64,000 nucleotides of DNA, taken from Mobula hypostoma (Eukaryota). Made by a program: the position numbers and the translations under genes. The DNA is taken from the NCBI RefSeq assembly GCF_963921235.1, contig NC_086097.1, positions 50,408,001 through 50,472,000 on the forward strand. Direction: 5' to 3'. Of this stretch, positions 12,150 to 24,249 are shown in pieces (position 1 is the first letter of the stretch; every line of letters starts with the position of its first letter). The notes under the pieces were generated by a model, which saw nothing but the letters and a program-made list of their open reading frames with translations, did no database searches and had not been told where the DNA came from.

Positions 12150-13150
12150 CCAAGCCCGCTCTGCACGTACAACTTTCCGCGATTCGTTTACATAGGAACT
12201 GTTTGACAAAGTTATTGTTTGCGACTTTATTTTTGAAAAATTAGACAAATGGTAGTAATATGAGGGAAGGGGGCGTGAGAAGCTGCAACAGGACTGCCGG
12301 GTGAGTTTAGTATCTGAGCGTGGGGACAGGACCAATTTTTCGCCGAGGCCGGATGTTGCTCCTTTAAGACACTGGCGCCCAGTCCAGTCCAGTCCATTCA
12401 CATTTATGACGTCGCTGGTAGTACCCACGTGACCGCCGGCCTACGTGGGCAGGCTTCAGGCGGCCTACCAGCGGTGCAATTTACCGCGACAAAAGTTTAA
12501 ATAAAAGTGAATTTTAAACATGTCGTCAGTGCCAACCACTTCAAAAATCGAAGAGGTCGCAATGCGATCTGTTTCTCACTTCACGCTACTGCGCACTTCC
12601 TTTAAAAATATTCCCGAAAACATTTGACTTTAACTCTCCGTTAACGACCGCCATTTTAGATTAACTCACACCTTCCTCACCGAATGACCGTCGAAATAGA
12701 AACACTAATAATATGATTAATACATGTTACGCTCCTCCTCGCCTGAATCTAATGCGGAAAACAAAATGAATGAGGCTATAAAGTGGGTGAGATTTCAAAC
12801 CTGAAATGATGGAAACGGACCACAATCTTTGCCGCCGCGGCAGGAAGCAATGTTCTTTGATTGACAGGTGTGGGAGGCAGGTTGATCAGGTTGCTATGGT
12901 TTCAGCGGCGGTTTGATTGACATATACGGAGGTTCTAGCTCCGCCCATAGGGTCAATGTTCTTGTTCAGTCCAATTCGGTGACGTCAGTTCGGAAAGTTG
13001 ACCAGCCTGTTATATTGCAGTCGCAAGATCCCTCTTGTGTCTGCAGCGGGGAGGTGACAGAGGAAATCTCCAATCATCAGGAAAATCGTCAAGAACACCA
13101 GGTAATTCTCCAAAAGCCGGCATGTACTCAGTCGGGAGCACCTTATAAAT
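12150..13150. promoter_or_regulatory. CpG-rich promoter region, probably of CDCA4
   Basis: Local CpG enrichment in an otherwise AT-rich region. Motifs: E2F-like TTTCCGCG (about 12174), E-box CACGTGAC (12426-12433), YY1 CCGCCATTTT (about 12648-12657), TGATTGACAG (12858-12867), RFX-like GTTGCTATGGTTTC (12890-12903), CCAAT (12971) and perfect CRE TGACGTCA (12980-12987). Candidate minus-strand donors at 12680, 12669 and 11873. Confidence 0.75.
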
Positions 13151-13519
13151 AAATGGTTTCAAAAAACATCGAAAAGCGTAGGCTTTACGTTCATAAACAA
13201 TGTCATCATCCATAATTGCGCATAGAATCATAGAATCATGAAGCAAACCAATAAATGAATACATTTCGGAGTTATCTTGTACCTTTGGCCTGGTTGCATT
13301 GCTGTGAGTCTCCGCCTCATCCAAAACCCATGTGCATGGAGCTGGACAGTCTCCCATAATTCATTAGGAAGATTTAGATAAAAGCTAATGCGAAATTGTG
13401 GACCACTCATTGACCCTCAGAGAGCTGACAAAGTTGGCCCATCGAGGCAGATGAGAAGGCTTGCCATTGGAGTTCAATTTGGCTGTATGGAATCAGATAG
13501 ATCCATATATACTGAATCA

Positions 13520-13900
13520 GAATCAGGTTTACTATCACTGACATATGTTGATTTTCTGCAGCAGTGCAGTGCAATACATAAAATATACTATATGAATTGC
13601 ATTACAGTGTGTGTGTATATGTATGTGTGGTATATATATATATGTGTGTAAATGTAAATAAGTGCAGAAATAGTGAGAAAGTGTTCATGAGTTCCTTTTA
13701 GATTCAGAATTCTGATGGAGGGGGAGAAGAAGCCATTCTAAGACATTGAGTGTGTGTCTTCAAGCTTCTGTACCTCCTCTCTGATGGTAATAATCAAAAG
13801 AGAGCATGTCCTAGGTGTTCAGGTCCTTAATGGGTGCTACCTTTTTATGCATCTCCTATTGAAGATATCCTCGATGGTGGCAGTGCACATAACTATGTTC
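13520..13900 (-). mobile_element. Rex1/Babar-type LINE 3' remnant
   Basis: AGAATCAGAATCAGGTTTA tail and ...TTCAAGCTTCTGTACCTCCTCTCTGATGG match, in reverse, the 3' ends of the other Rex1-like copies in the window. Confidence 0.6.
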
Positions 13901-14174
13901 CTGGTCGGCAACATTCAGTACCAGAATAATCGTTCTCATCTCTGTACAGAAGAGGGACAAAGAGAAAGTGAGAGACTGGTACCCAATCACATTGCTCAAT
14001 GGGGATTTCGAGATCATGTGGAAGCTCATGACCAATCAAGTTGAAGTCTGTCCTGGACCTGATGTTCATTCCCATCAGACCTGCAGCAAACCCATCTCTT
14101 GGCAGCCTTTTACTACTCAGGGATATGGTAATCCATGCATTGGACTGGAGGACTGAACATTTTCCTAGTCAGCT

Positions 14175-14495
14175 AGGCATGGTAATGTAGAGGTTAATAT
14201 AATGCTGCTATATAGTATCAGCTCTAAGATTGGGGTTCAATTCCCGCCGCCACCTGTAAGACGTTTGTACATTCTCCCCATGGGTTTCCTCTGGGTGCTC
14301 CGGTTTCCTTCCACATTCCAAAGAATTAGGGTTAGTAAGTTGTGGGCCTGTTATGTTGGCACTGGAAGTGTGGCAACACTTGTGGCTGCCCCCAGCATAG
14401 CTTGGACTGTGTTGGTCATTGATGCAAAGCAACACTTTTACTGTATGTTTCAACGTTTCAATGTACATGTGACGAATAAAGCAAACCTTATCTTA
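14175..14495 (+). mobile_element. tRNA-derived SINE with a V domain (HE1/V-SINE type)
   Basis: A-box-like TGGTAATGTAGAGG, B-box GGTTCAATTCC, V-domain GGGTTTCCTCTGGGTGCTCCGGTTTCCTTCCACA, and an AATAAA-containing tail. Confidence 0.8.
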
Positions 14496-14499
14496 ATCT

Positions 14500-15490
14500 C
14501 ATCATAAGGTTCAACTATCTGCAGGTGCTGGGAATGTGGCTCTGAGGAGCCAAGAGTTCAGAGAGTAGTTCAAGAAAAAAAAAACAGGTATGCAGGCAGT
14601 GGTGATCACTTTCAGTCATGGGACAGGACCAGGTCGTCAGATCCAAAGTGATCTTGGTGATGCCATACTTAAAGCAAGTGCAATCATGTGACCTTTTTTG
14701 ATTTATCTGGAGCTCATAATGGAGCAATTGTGCAGAACCTTATTGTTTCAGTCTTCAGAAGACAATAAATTTGGGGAAATGTGTCTAATGGTTGACTACT
14801 TTCTGTATATGTTACATCAACTCATGTAGACACGAGGTGTTGAGGATCAATCTATTTATTCCTGGTGTTGTAAAGGAGGAATATTGCAATGTTTCCTTTG
14901 GAACTTTCCTTTCAGAAGAAAGTTTCACGCCCGCTGTTCCTCAGGAGGGGACCTTTGACAAAATTAATCATGCAGTGTCACCACAGCCCTGCAGGAACGG
15001 GAGACAGTGGATAAGTGGGGTGACTCTCCGAATGGATTGTCATCTCACCAAGGCTTACGTGATCTTGTTTGTCTGGTTCTCCCTGTCAGATTTTTCGTGC
15101 CTGATTGGAATATTGGTTACACCCCACACGCTGCCCTGGAAATGGAAATGTTGCCCGTTTCATTGCGAAGTATTTCTTTGCCAAAATAAAAGTCTTGGAA
15201 GACGCAGGGCTGTCTGCGAAGGTGTGTTCTGAACAGCTGCATCGCACAGACTTACACTGAGACAAGTACCAGCTGCTACTGGAAACAATCAGTGCGGTGA
15301 ATGATGTCTTCTGGTTTTCCCAAAACGCACTGGCACTGCGGAGCAAGCTGTTGTCCACGTGCGGTGTGCTGTGAGCTCCAGAATCACATACTCTGGTACA
15401 CATTGAAGATGGGTAGAGCCATTGCAACAGTCCCATGGGGAAGTGTAAACACTCCAGCTTGCACACCAATCAGTAAAAAATCTGTATTAA
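14500..15490 (+). mobile_element. Highly degenerate Tx1/L1-clade LINE 3' fragment
   Basis: Remnants LSSHQGLRDLVCLVLPVRFFV (zf-RVT region), ETISAVNDVFWFSQNAL and LQNHILWYTLKMGRAIATVPWG resemble the C-terminus of fish Tx1-like ORF2. Recognised from memory. Confidence 0.55.
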
Positions 15491-16394
15491 AACCAGTAGC
15501 CTATTTGCTCAAGGGTGGTGCAGCTGATAATGTGTTGCCATTGAGTGACTGGTGAAAAAAAAATCACTTGAATATATTAAATCTATTTGATTCTTTTAAT
15601 GAATAAAATAGCCTTTGCAGTGTTAAAGAAGTTGCATGATGCTCAGCATTTAACAGTCCAGAATCTGCTGAGAAAATAATTGCAGATTTCATGGTGTTCC
15701 TACAGGTAAGCTTGTGCCAGCAACTACTGACAAGGAAATTGGTAGTTATAGAGTCATAGAGTTGTACGGTATAGAATAAGCCCATCATGTCTGAGCCAGC
15801 CATCTTTACTCATGCCATTTGCCTCTATTAATTTATAACCCTCTATGTCTTGCACATTCAAGTACTTGTCCAAAGCTTTTTGGATGTTGTTACTGTTTCT
15901 GTCTTCACCATCTCTGCAATCATTCTATACACCAGCTACTCGTAATGTGAAACATCTCACTCTTCAGGTTCCCCTTAAACCTCCTCCTCAGACCTTAAAC
16001 CTATGCCTTCTACATAGCTTTAGACACCACTACCATGGGAAACAGACCTTGGCTATCTACTCTATCCATGCCTCTCATTATTTTATTACCTCTATCATGC
16101 CATCTCTTGGCCTCCTTCACTCCAGGGGAAATACATCTTAGCTCTACAGTCTCCCTGATAATTGAGGCTTCCAATGTAGTCAGCATCCTTGTGAATCAGT
16201 TTTGCAACCCCTCTAGCTTAGTTACAGCTCTCCAGTTTTATGGTGCACAGAACTGCAGACAATACTCCAAGTGCAGCCTAACCAACGTTTTGTATAACTG
16301 TAACATGACGGCCCAACTCTTCTATTCAGTCAGACACACAGAAAATGCTGGAGGAACTCAGCAGGTCAGGCAGCATCTATGACCATGAATAAAT

Positions 16395-16430
16395 AGTCAA
16401 CGTTTCGAGCCAAGATCCTTCATCAGGACT
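16395..16430 (-). ncRNA. Penelope-type minimal hammerhead ribozyme motif, within the palindrome 16333-16503
   Basis: The minus strand reads AGTC-CTGATGA-AGGATCTTGGCTC-GAAAC-GTT-GACT: core CUGAUGA and GAAA, an NUH triplet (GUU), stem I AGTC/GACT and a palindromic AACGTT stem III. Stem II is weakened. Confidence 0.6.
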
Positions 16431-17119
16431 GAAACGGCGACTGCTTATTCATGTCCATGGATACTGCCTGACCTGCTAAGTTCCTCCAGTGTTTTGCGTG
16501 TGTTGCTCTGGTTTTCCAGCATCTGGAGAATCAGTGCCCTGGATAATGAAGATGCCACATGCCTTCTTCACCACCCCATCTACCCGTATTCCCACTTTCT
16601 GGATCCTGCCATTCATTGGCTATATCCTGTCCTAATTTAGTTTCCCAAAATGTATCGCTTTGCTATTCCAATACCCACTTTCCCAAATGATGTAGATCCT
16701 GTTGTAACCTTAAATAACTTCTTCTTGTCCTCTATGTCACCAGTTTCAGTGTAACTTGCAAACTTATTATCCATGCCACCTACATTCCCTTTTAAATCAT
16801 TATTAATATATACAAGCAATAAAGAATCTAGCACCGATCCCAATGCTCTATGATTTCCAATCAGAAAAGCAATCCTCCACCATCACTCTCTGCCTCCTAC
16901 CACCAAGCACATGTATCCACTTTGCTAACTCACCCTGAATCCCATGTATTCTAATCTTCCAGACCAGCCACCAAGCGGACCTTCAGCCCTTGCCTTTCCA
17001 AATGTAAACAAACCCTGCCCCTCAGAATCCCTTTCAATAATTTTCCTAAGTGATGCAAGGTTCACTGGCCTGTAGTTCCCTGGATTATTCATGTTGGCCT
17101 TCTTAAATAATATCACAAC

Positions 17120-17380
17120 ATAATAATAATGTAGGTCGCATCCGGAATTTTTCCGGGTAGCGGACGACTTCCTCCCATGCCGTTCTGCCATAGCTGGAAT
17201 TCGCGTACAAGGCAAGTTACAGCGGTGGTTTGCCATTGCCTTCTGCCAGGTGAGTATTTTTTCAAAGAGATCACCAGCTCTTAACCCCGCATGGATGGAA
17301 AGCGTGCCAGGGGGAGCCAGCTGGGATTGAACTTCAGAACCTCCGCTCTGCAGTCCAGCGCTGATGCCACTACGCCACGA
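17120..17380 (-). mobile_element. tRNA-derived SINE with an RTE-like segment
   Basis: Minus strand: A-box TGGCGTAGTGG, B-box GTTCAATCCC, internal GAAGGCAATGGCAAACCAC (as in RTE-related SINEs) and a (TTA)n tail. CpG-rich, so relatively young. Confidence 0.7.
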
Positions 17381-18404
17381 CATTAACTGACATTAAATCT
17401 TCTGGTACCTTAGCTGTGCTAATGAAAATACAAAAGCCTCTACTGTGGCCTCACACTCTTTTCTCCTGCTTTCCATGGCATCCTAAAATACACCTGATCA
17501 GGTCCTGGGGATTATCTGCCTTAATGCAGTTCAAAAATTCTAACACTTCTTCCTTTGTAATGTTGATATACTCCAGGATATCACTCTTCATTCCCTGAGT
17601 TCCCTAGTTTCCATGTCCTTAACTGCTGTAAATACAGATATGTATTCACCCGAGACCTCACCCATCCAGTGGTTCCACACATAGACAACCACACTGACCC
17701 TCCAGGAAACCTGCTGTTGCAAAACACAAGTTGCTGGCTGGACACAGAGAATGCTGAAAACACTCAGCAGGTTAAGCAGCATCTGTAGTGAGAAAAAAAC
17801 AGAGAGATAATGACCTGTGCTTTGTGGATGCTGTTTGACCTGCTGATTATGACCAGTGTTTTCTGTACATTTCAGGTTTCCAGGTATAGTTTCTGGAGAC
17901 TGACACCACTCCACCAGTTGTTGCACAGAGGATTGTCTGCTGAGCAGCTCGGAGTTTTTGCTGCAGCTGTAGTTTGGGTCAGAAGGGGAATGGTTTGGCA
18001 GGGCTACATACCAATTGCTGAACTAAACTATCAACCTTTTAATCTACTGCTTGGTGATGAAGCAGATTCTTCTATCTGGAATGTCCTAGCCTCTGCAGTG
18101 CAGGGGTGGCGGGGAGTGGAATCTCTGTGGCCAACAATTCAGGTTTCGCCAAGATTTTTTGGTGTACCTGGACTGAGATTGTGGGAAGGAACAGATTCTC
18201 TGGCTAATTCTGGGACATAGGAAATGGTGTGGGCTTCAGGTAGCAGAAATCACCCTAAATATTTTTATTTCCTTTATATTACCATTTATATTTATTCGTT
18301 GGTTAGAGACAAAAAATGTAATGATTAACATGGAGCAGCTGAAAATATCAGACACTCTAGTATATCATGCATGAATTAATGAATTATATTATGCATAGCC
18401 ATTA

Positions 18405-19312
18405 GGCAAGGTTACCTGCTCATGGAGGGAGATTGAAAATCTGGCTGGCCAGTTCTGCAACAATCACCTCTTACTCAATGTCAGCAAGACTAAGGAACTG
18501 AGTATTGACTTCAGGAGGTCCATAAGCTAGTCCTTATTGGGGGATCAGAAGTGGAGAATGTCAGCAACTTTAAATTCCTCCGTGTTACCATTTAAGAGGA
18601 TCTATCCTGGGTCCAGCACATAAGTATAATTATGGAGAAAGCACAACAGCACCTCTACTTTCTTTGGAGTTTGCAAAGATTTGGCATGACATCTATAACT
18701 TTGACTAACTTCTGCAGATATGTAACGGAGAGTATATTGACTGGCTGCATCTCAGCCTGGTATGGAAACAGCAAAGCCGGTGAAACAGAAAATCCTGCCA
18801 AAAGTAGTGGATACAGACCAGTCCATCACAGGTAAAGCACTCCCCACCCCTGAGCACATTTACACAGAGCGTTTTCGAAGGAAAGCAGCGTCCATCATCA
18901 GTGACTCTCACCACCCTGTTCGTGCTCTCTTCTCACTGCTACCATCAGGAAGGTGGTACAGGAGTTTCAAGACTCGCACCACCAGGTTCAGGAACAGTTA
19001 TTACCTCTGAACCAGAGGGGATAACTTCACTCAACTTCACTTGGCCCATCATTGAAATGTACCCACAACCTATTGACTCACTTTCAAGGACTCTTCATCT
19101 CATGTGCTCAATATTTATTTATTTTTTATTATAATATTCTTTCTTTTTGTATTTGCACAGCTTGTTGTCTTTTGCACGTTGGTCGTCTGACCTGTTGGTG
19201 CAGACTTTCATTGATTCTATTATGGTTATTGGATTTACTGAGTGTGTCCACAGGGTTGTGTATTGTGTATGGTGACAAGTATGGACTTTGATAATACATT
19301 TACTTTGAACCT
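18405..19312 (+). mobile_element. Rex1/Babar-type LINE, 5'-truncated
   Basis: LLLNVSKTKEL, KAQQHLYFLWSLQRFGM...ESILTGCISAWYGN, HPVRALFSLLPSGRWYRSFKTRTTRFRNSYY and an ACTTTGA tail. Confidence 0.85.
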
Positions 19313-19679
19313 TTCAGAAACAGTTCCTGCTCAAAATTCAAATCAAGCAGGTAGTGATATTTGATTAGACTGTGAGAGTTACAGAGCAGGCTGTGAAACA
19401 CAACAATTTTTTTTCCCAGGACAGCCCAAGTGAAGTTACCAAAATATTTGTACTTAACATGGAAGTGTGCTGCCTGAGAATTTTAGGATTATTTCTGTAC
19501 TGTTTGTAACATATTGTTTGAAAGTGACTAGATGGACAGACAGATGGGCAAATCAACAAACAGACAGGTTTCTTTAAGCATCGCGTGATCATGTGTGTGT
19601 GGAGGCATGGGAGATGGGTGAAGTCTTAATACTTCTCACATGTACAGTACTTACCATGAAGAAAGTCTTGGAAAGTAGG

Positions 19680-20477
19680 GAATTCAGAGAAGATGATGAT
19701 GATAGCCATATCAATATGACGGTGTTGGCAGTCTTGAATAAATCCCCGGGACATTGTGAGAAATAAGCAAAGAAATAGCAGGGGGGCCTGGCAGAGACTT
19801 TTTTTAAATCTTTCTTAGTCACAGGTGAGGTACCAGAAGAAGGTTGAAAGAGGGCTAATGTTATGCCTTTATTTAAGAAGGGCTGTAAAAATAAGCCAGG
19901 GAGCTACAGGATGGCAAACTTGAGAGGCAGGACTGATCTGCATTTGGAAAGGCGAGGACTGGTCAACGTGGCTCTCTGCATGCAAACTCAAGGCTCACAA
20001 ATTTAATTGAGTGTTTTGAAGAGGTGACAGAACATTGACACAGGCAGGCCGATAGGTGTTGTTTGCATGAAGACTTTTTCAAGATCTTGTGTGGTAGACT
20101 GATCCAGAAGATGAATCACACTGAATCCAGGGTGAGTTAGCTAATTGGATATGAAATGGACTTAGTAGATGGAGTCAGAGAGAGGTAATAGTAAAGGTTG
20201 GTTATTCATATTGGAGGTCTGTGACCAGTGGTATGCAACAGGGATCAAACCTAGGTCCACTGGTTGTCATATAAATTACAACAGGATCTGGAGAGTGGAC
20301 AAGGGAATGACAGATGGAATTTAATTTAGAGAAGTGCAAAGTGATGATGCTTTGTGGAAAGTTAAATCAGGGCAGGACTTGCATAGTAATGTCAAAGCCC
20401 TGTGAAGGGTTGTAGAACAGAGAGACCTGAAGATACAATATTTGTAGTAATTCCCTGGAGATGGCAATACAGGTGAC
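19680..20477 (+). mobile_element. Degenerate CR1 fragment
   Basis: KSPG, EVPE..KRANVMPLFKKG..KPGSYR, LIECFEEVT, VTSGMQQGS and QMEFNLEKCKVM remnants. Confidence 0.75.
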
Positions 20478-20480
20478 TAA

Positions 20481-21453
20481 GGCTACGTCGGCACTACGCC
20501 GGATAATTTTGAAAACGCCGGTTTCGAGTAAAAACGACAGGCGTACACACTAAGCGTTTTTCAAAATATCTCTGTCCACACTAACACAGATATTTGGGCG
20601 AATCTCCTCTACTGGGCACATGCAGGACACACAGAAAACAAGCGAAGAGGAAACGGTATACTTAGTGCACGTTTGTCCAGTTACAGAGTAGAAAAACTTA
20701 AAAGGAATTGCTCTTGGCTCTCACACAGGAGGACTTAAAACTTAAAAAAACAAATACCGGAGCGTATGGAGGCAACCTACAGGGAGTTCACGGACAGTAT
20801 GACCCGGCTGACGACGAACATTGAAAAACTGACTAACTCTGTTGCATTAATAAAGCACCTTGTTAAATGTATAAAACATGTCTACATCAGTGTTATCTTG
20901 TATTTCCATACAATGTTACATTAGGCTGTTACACATCTATTGTCAGAGAAGTACTTGCATAAATAGGTAAACCACCTTCATGCAAACAAGGACAGAAAAC
21001 AGGGCAAAGTGAGTATACTTATTTATTCAGTAAGCTATGGGTCAAAGTATTTGGTGAGTACATTTCAAACGCTTCTGGCTTCAGTCTCGTTGCCATCTGT
21101 TCTGAAATTGTTAGGTTCTGCGAAGTGCGGAATCAAATATCGCTGCGATGATTGTATGCTCTAGTATCAATTGTTTGGCGACAATAAAGTAGTAATAATA
21201 AGAAGAAGAAAACAATGAAATGCCGCGCTGCTGCCATCTGTTCCGGCACGTCACGACAGCAGTTTTAAAAAGCTCCGGTTACCCCATACACACTGCAACG
21301 GATATTAGGCATTTTCAGATTTATTCACTCTGGAGACTGTTTCTGAAAGTCTTCATTTTCGGGGGATGAAAACGCCGTTTTAGTGTGGACAGAGGGTCAA
21401 AACGAAGAGAAAAATCTTCATTTTCAAAATTACCCGGCGTAGTGTGGACGTAG
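20481..21453. mobile_element. PIF/Harbinger-like non-autonomous DNA transposon (about 970 bp)
   Basis: Left end TAA|GGCTACGTCGGCACTACGCCGGATAATTTTGAAAA. Right end TTTTCAAAATTACCCGGCGTAGTGTGGACGTAG is its reverse complement but lacks the terminal CC and the TAA. Subterminal GTCCACACTA repeats, no coding capacity. Confidence 0.75.
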
Positions 21454-21659
21454 TAGAAGTAAAACTGAGCAACAAGGAAGGTGTAACTGGGGGATATAAA
21501 AATAAAAGTCTTTATTCACACAGCAAATATCTGGGGGGGTGTGTAGAGAGTCCAAGAGATTCTCACTTTCCTGTCACAAATTTTTATACTTCTTCACCAC
21601 AAAGATACAGTACAGTATCATGAAATGATTAACTACAGTTTCAATTGCTATAAGTAGTA

Positions 21660-21840
21660 GGTTAGCATGGCGGTTAGGCGGTTAGCGTAATGCTGTTGTA
21701 ACACCAGTGACCCGGCTGTCTGTAAGGAGTTTGCATGTTCTTCCCGTGATTGTGTGTGGTTTCCTCCGAGTGCTTCGGTTTCCTCCCATATTCCAAAGGC
21801 ATATGTGTTAGCTGGGTGATGTGAGCTTGTTACCATGCTA
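21660..21840 (+). mobile_element. HE1/V-SINE fragment
   Basis: GCATGGCGGTTAGGCGGTTAGCGTAATGC head and V domain GTGGTTTCCTCCGAGTGCTTCGGTTTCCTCCCA. Confidence 0.7.
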
Positions 21841-22509
21841 TATCTCTAAATTAAATTAACTTTAATCTTTGGAATATAGTAAGGTACATGCAGCGCCTGT
21901 TGTAAATATACGACGGTATAAGATCCCGGTAAAGGGTCCCAGCCCGAAAAATCGACTGTTTGTGCATTTCTATAGATGCTGCCTAACCTGCTGAGTTCCT
22001 CCGGCATTTTGTCTGTGTTGCTTTGGATTTCCAGCATCTGCAGAATTTCTTGTGTTTATCACTTGGAATACTTTGTGCATTTCTGATCTAGCAGTATCTC
22101 TTTGACTATTTAATACTGGTGTCTGTTTGAAAAGCCTCAGTATAAACTCCAGACAACTAAAGTATACCCATTTTGTTACAGTGTGGAAGGATGGCTCCAT
22201 GAATATGCAACTGATCAAAAGGTTAAGTAACAAAATATCTCTGTCCTGAACTGTGCCTTAAGTGGAAGAGATACACCTTCAATGATGTGCCTATAGCAGA
22301 AACATTCATCCATTGTCTTTCCCTATGTCTCAATGGGTCGCAGAATATCTCACACTCAAGGATTGGCTTCAATAGCCACAAAGTATCAGTTGGAAGTCAA
22401 ACTGTATACAGGTTTTATTTTCTGGAGACTGGTTCTCATTTACTTCATTCTTAATTATGTTATCCATAATGGCATAACCCCAGAATGATCTTTAACATAC
22501 CTTATGCTA

Positions 22510-23116
22510 ATGTTCATTGGACAGGCATTGAGTGTAAGAGTACGGACATCATCCTCCAGCTATAAAAGGAGCTGTAAACACCACGGAGTATTTTGTTCAT
22601 TTTTGGTCACCATACTATAGGAAGGATGTTAATAGGCCGGAGAGTGCAGAAACGATTCATAAAGATATTGCCAGGACTGGGGGAGCTTAATTTATGTGGA
22701 GAGACTGAAGAAACTAAGATTATATTTATTTATCACATGTACATCAGAACGTACAATGAAACTGGGACTGTTTTCCCTGGAGAGAAGGAGGCTCAGAGGT
22801 GACCTTATAAAGGCTTATAAAATCATGAGGGCCATAGATAAGGTGGATGCTCACACTTTTTCCTAGGGTAGGGAACAGTAAAAACTGGAAAATGTGGGCT
22901 TAAGGTGAGAAATGAAAGCTTTACAGAGGACCAGAGAAGCAAGATTTTCATTCAGAGGGTGCTGGGCACATGGAACAAGCTGCCAAAGGAAATGGTAGAT
23001 GTGGGTGCAATCACAATAAGACATTAGGACAGATATATGGATAGGAAAGGTTTAGAAAGACATGGACCAAATACAGAAAAATGGGACTGACTCAAGAAGG
23101 CACGTTGGTTGGCACA
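22510..23116 (+). mobile_element. Old CR1 3' fragment, host of the Rex1 insertion
   Basis: RVQKRFIKILPGL, LRGDLIKAYKIMRAIDKVD and FIQRVLGTWNKLP remnants leading into the CR1 3' UTR. Confidence 0.8.
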
Positions 23117-24249
23117 GATTGGGATTGCTGGGTTCCGGCAAACTAGCAACAGAGGGCTGAAGGCAGTGTGGACAGGGCCAACGAACTTAACCTGTTCTTT
23201 AACAGATTTGACATTGTGGTCCCTGCCCATCCCCCACATGAGTCATCTGTTGTCGGCCCCCAACCAACACATATTCCACTCTCCCCTCCTACCCCTCCTC
23301 ACAGTCCCCAACCCTGCTCTCATGACTATACCCCTTCCCCACAGAAAACCACCACGGTGGGGTTCACAGCTGAACAGGTGAGAAGACAGCTGAAACATCT
23401 CAAACCCAAGCAAGGCTGCAGGACCGGATGGTATCAGTACCAGGGTGCTCAAAGCCTGTGCCCCTCAGCTATGTGGAGTACTTCGCGATGACTTCAACCT
23501 GAGCCTGAGGCTCTGAAGGGCTCCTGTGCTGTGGAAGACGTCCTGCCAAGACACCGCGCCCCAGCGGCCTCAATGACTACAGACCGGTGACATTGACCTC
23601 CCACATCATGAAGACCCTGGAGAGACTTGTTCTGGAGCTGCTCCGGCCTATGGTCAGGCCACACTTAGATCCCCTCCAGTTCACTTAACCAGCCCTGACT
23701 AGGAGTTGAGGATGCCATTGTCTACCTGCTGAACCGTGTCTACGCCCACCTGGACAAGCCAGCGAGCACTGTGAGGGTCATGTTTTTTGACTTCTCCAGT
23801 GCGTTCAACACCATCCGCCCTGCTCTGCTGGGGGAGAAGCTGACAGCGATGCAGGTGGATGCTTTCCTGGTGTCATGGATTTTTGATTACCTGACTGGCA
23901 GACCACAGTACGTGTGCTTGCAACACTGTGTGTCTGACGGAGTGATCAGCAGCACTGGGGCTCCACAGGGGACTGTCTTGTCTCCCTTTCTCTTCACCAC
24001 TTACACCTCGGACTTCAACTACTGCACAGAGTCTTGTCATCTTCAGAAGTTTTCTGATGACTCTGCCATAGTTGGATGCATCAGCAAGGGAGATGAGGCT
24101 GAGTACAGGGCTACGGTAGGAAACTTTGTCACATGGTGTGAGCAGAATTATCTGCAGCTTAATGTGAAAAAGACTAAGGAGCTGGTGGTAGACCTGAGGA
24201 GAGCTATGGTACCGGTGACCCCTGTTTCCATCCAGGGGGTCAGTGTGGA

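Larger units (their letters stand above)
15745..17680 (-). mobile_element. Degenerate CR1 LINE, interrupted by a Penelope repeat (about 16333) and a SINE (about 17120)
   Basis: Minus-strand remnants ILFKKANMNNPGNYRPVNL, GSVLDSLLLVYINNDL and LEYC. The reverse tail (ATAGAGTC)n lies at about 15748-15762. Confidence 0.75.

Noticed and set aside
11878..12428. ORFs of 75-131 aa in the CDCA4 upstream region
   Set aside because: Low-complexity C/T-rich promoter DNA with no protein-like features.
14175..14250. tRNA-like heads with A/B boxes (also at about 17320-17380, 21660 and 58850)
   Set aside because: They are SINE heads and cannot form a complete cloverleaf, so they are not tRNA genes.
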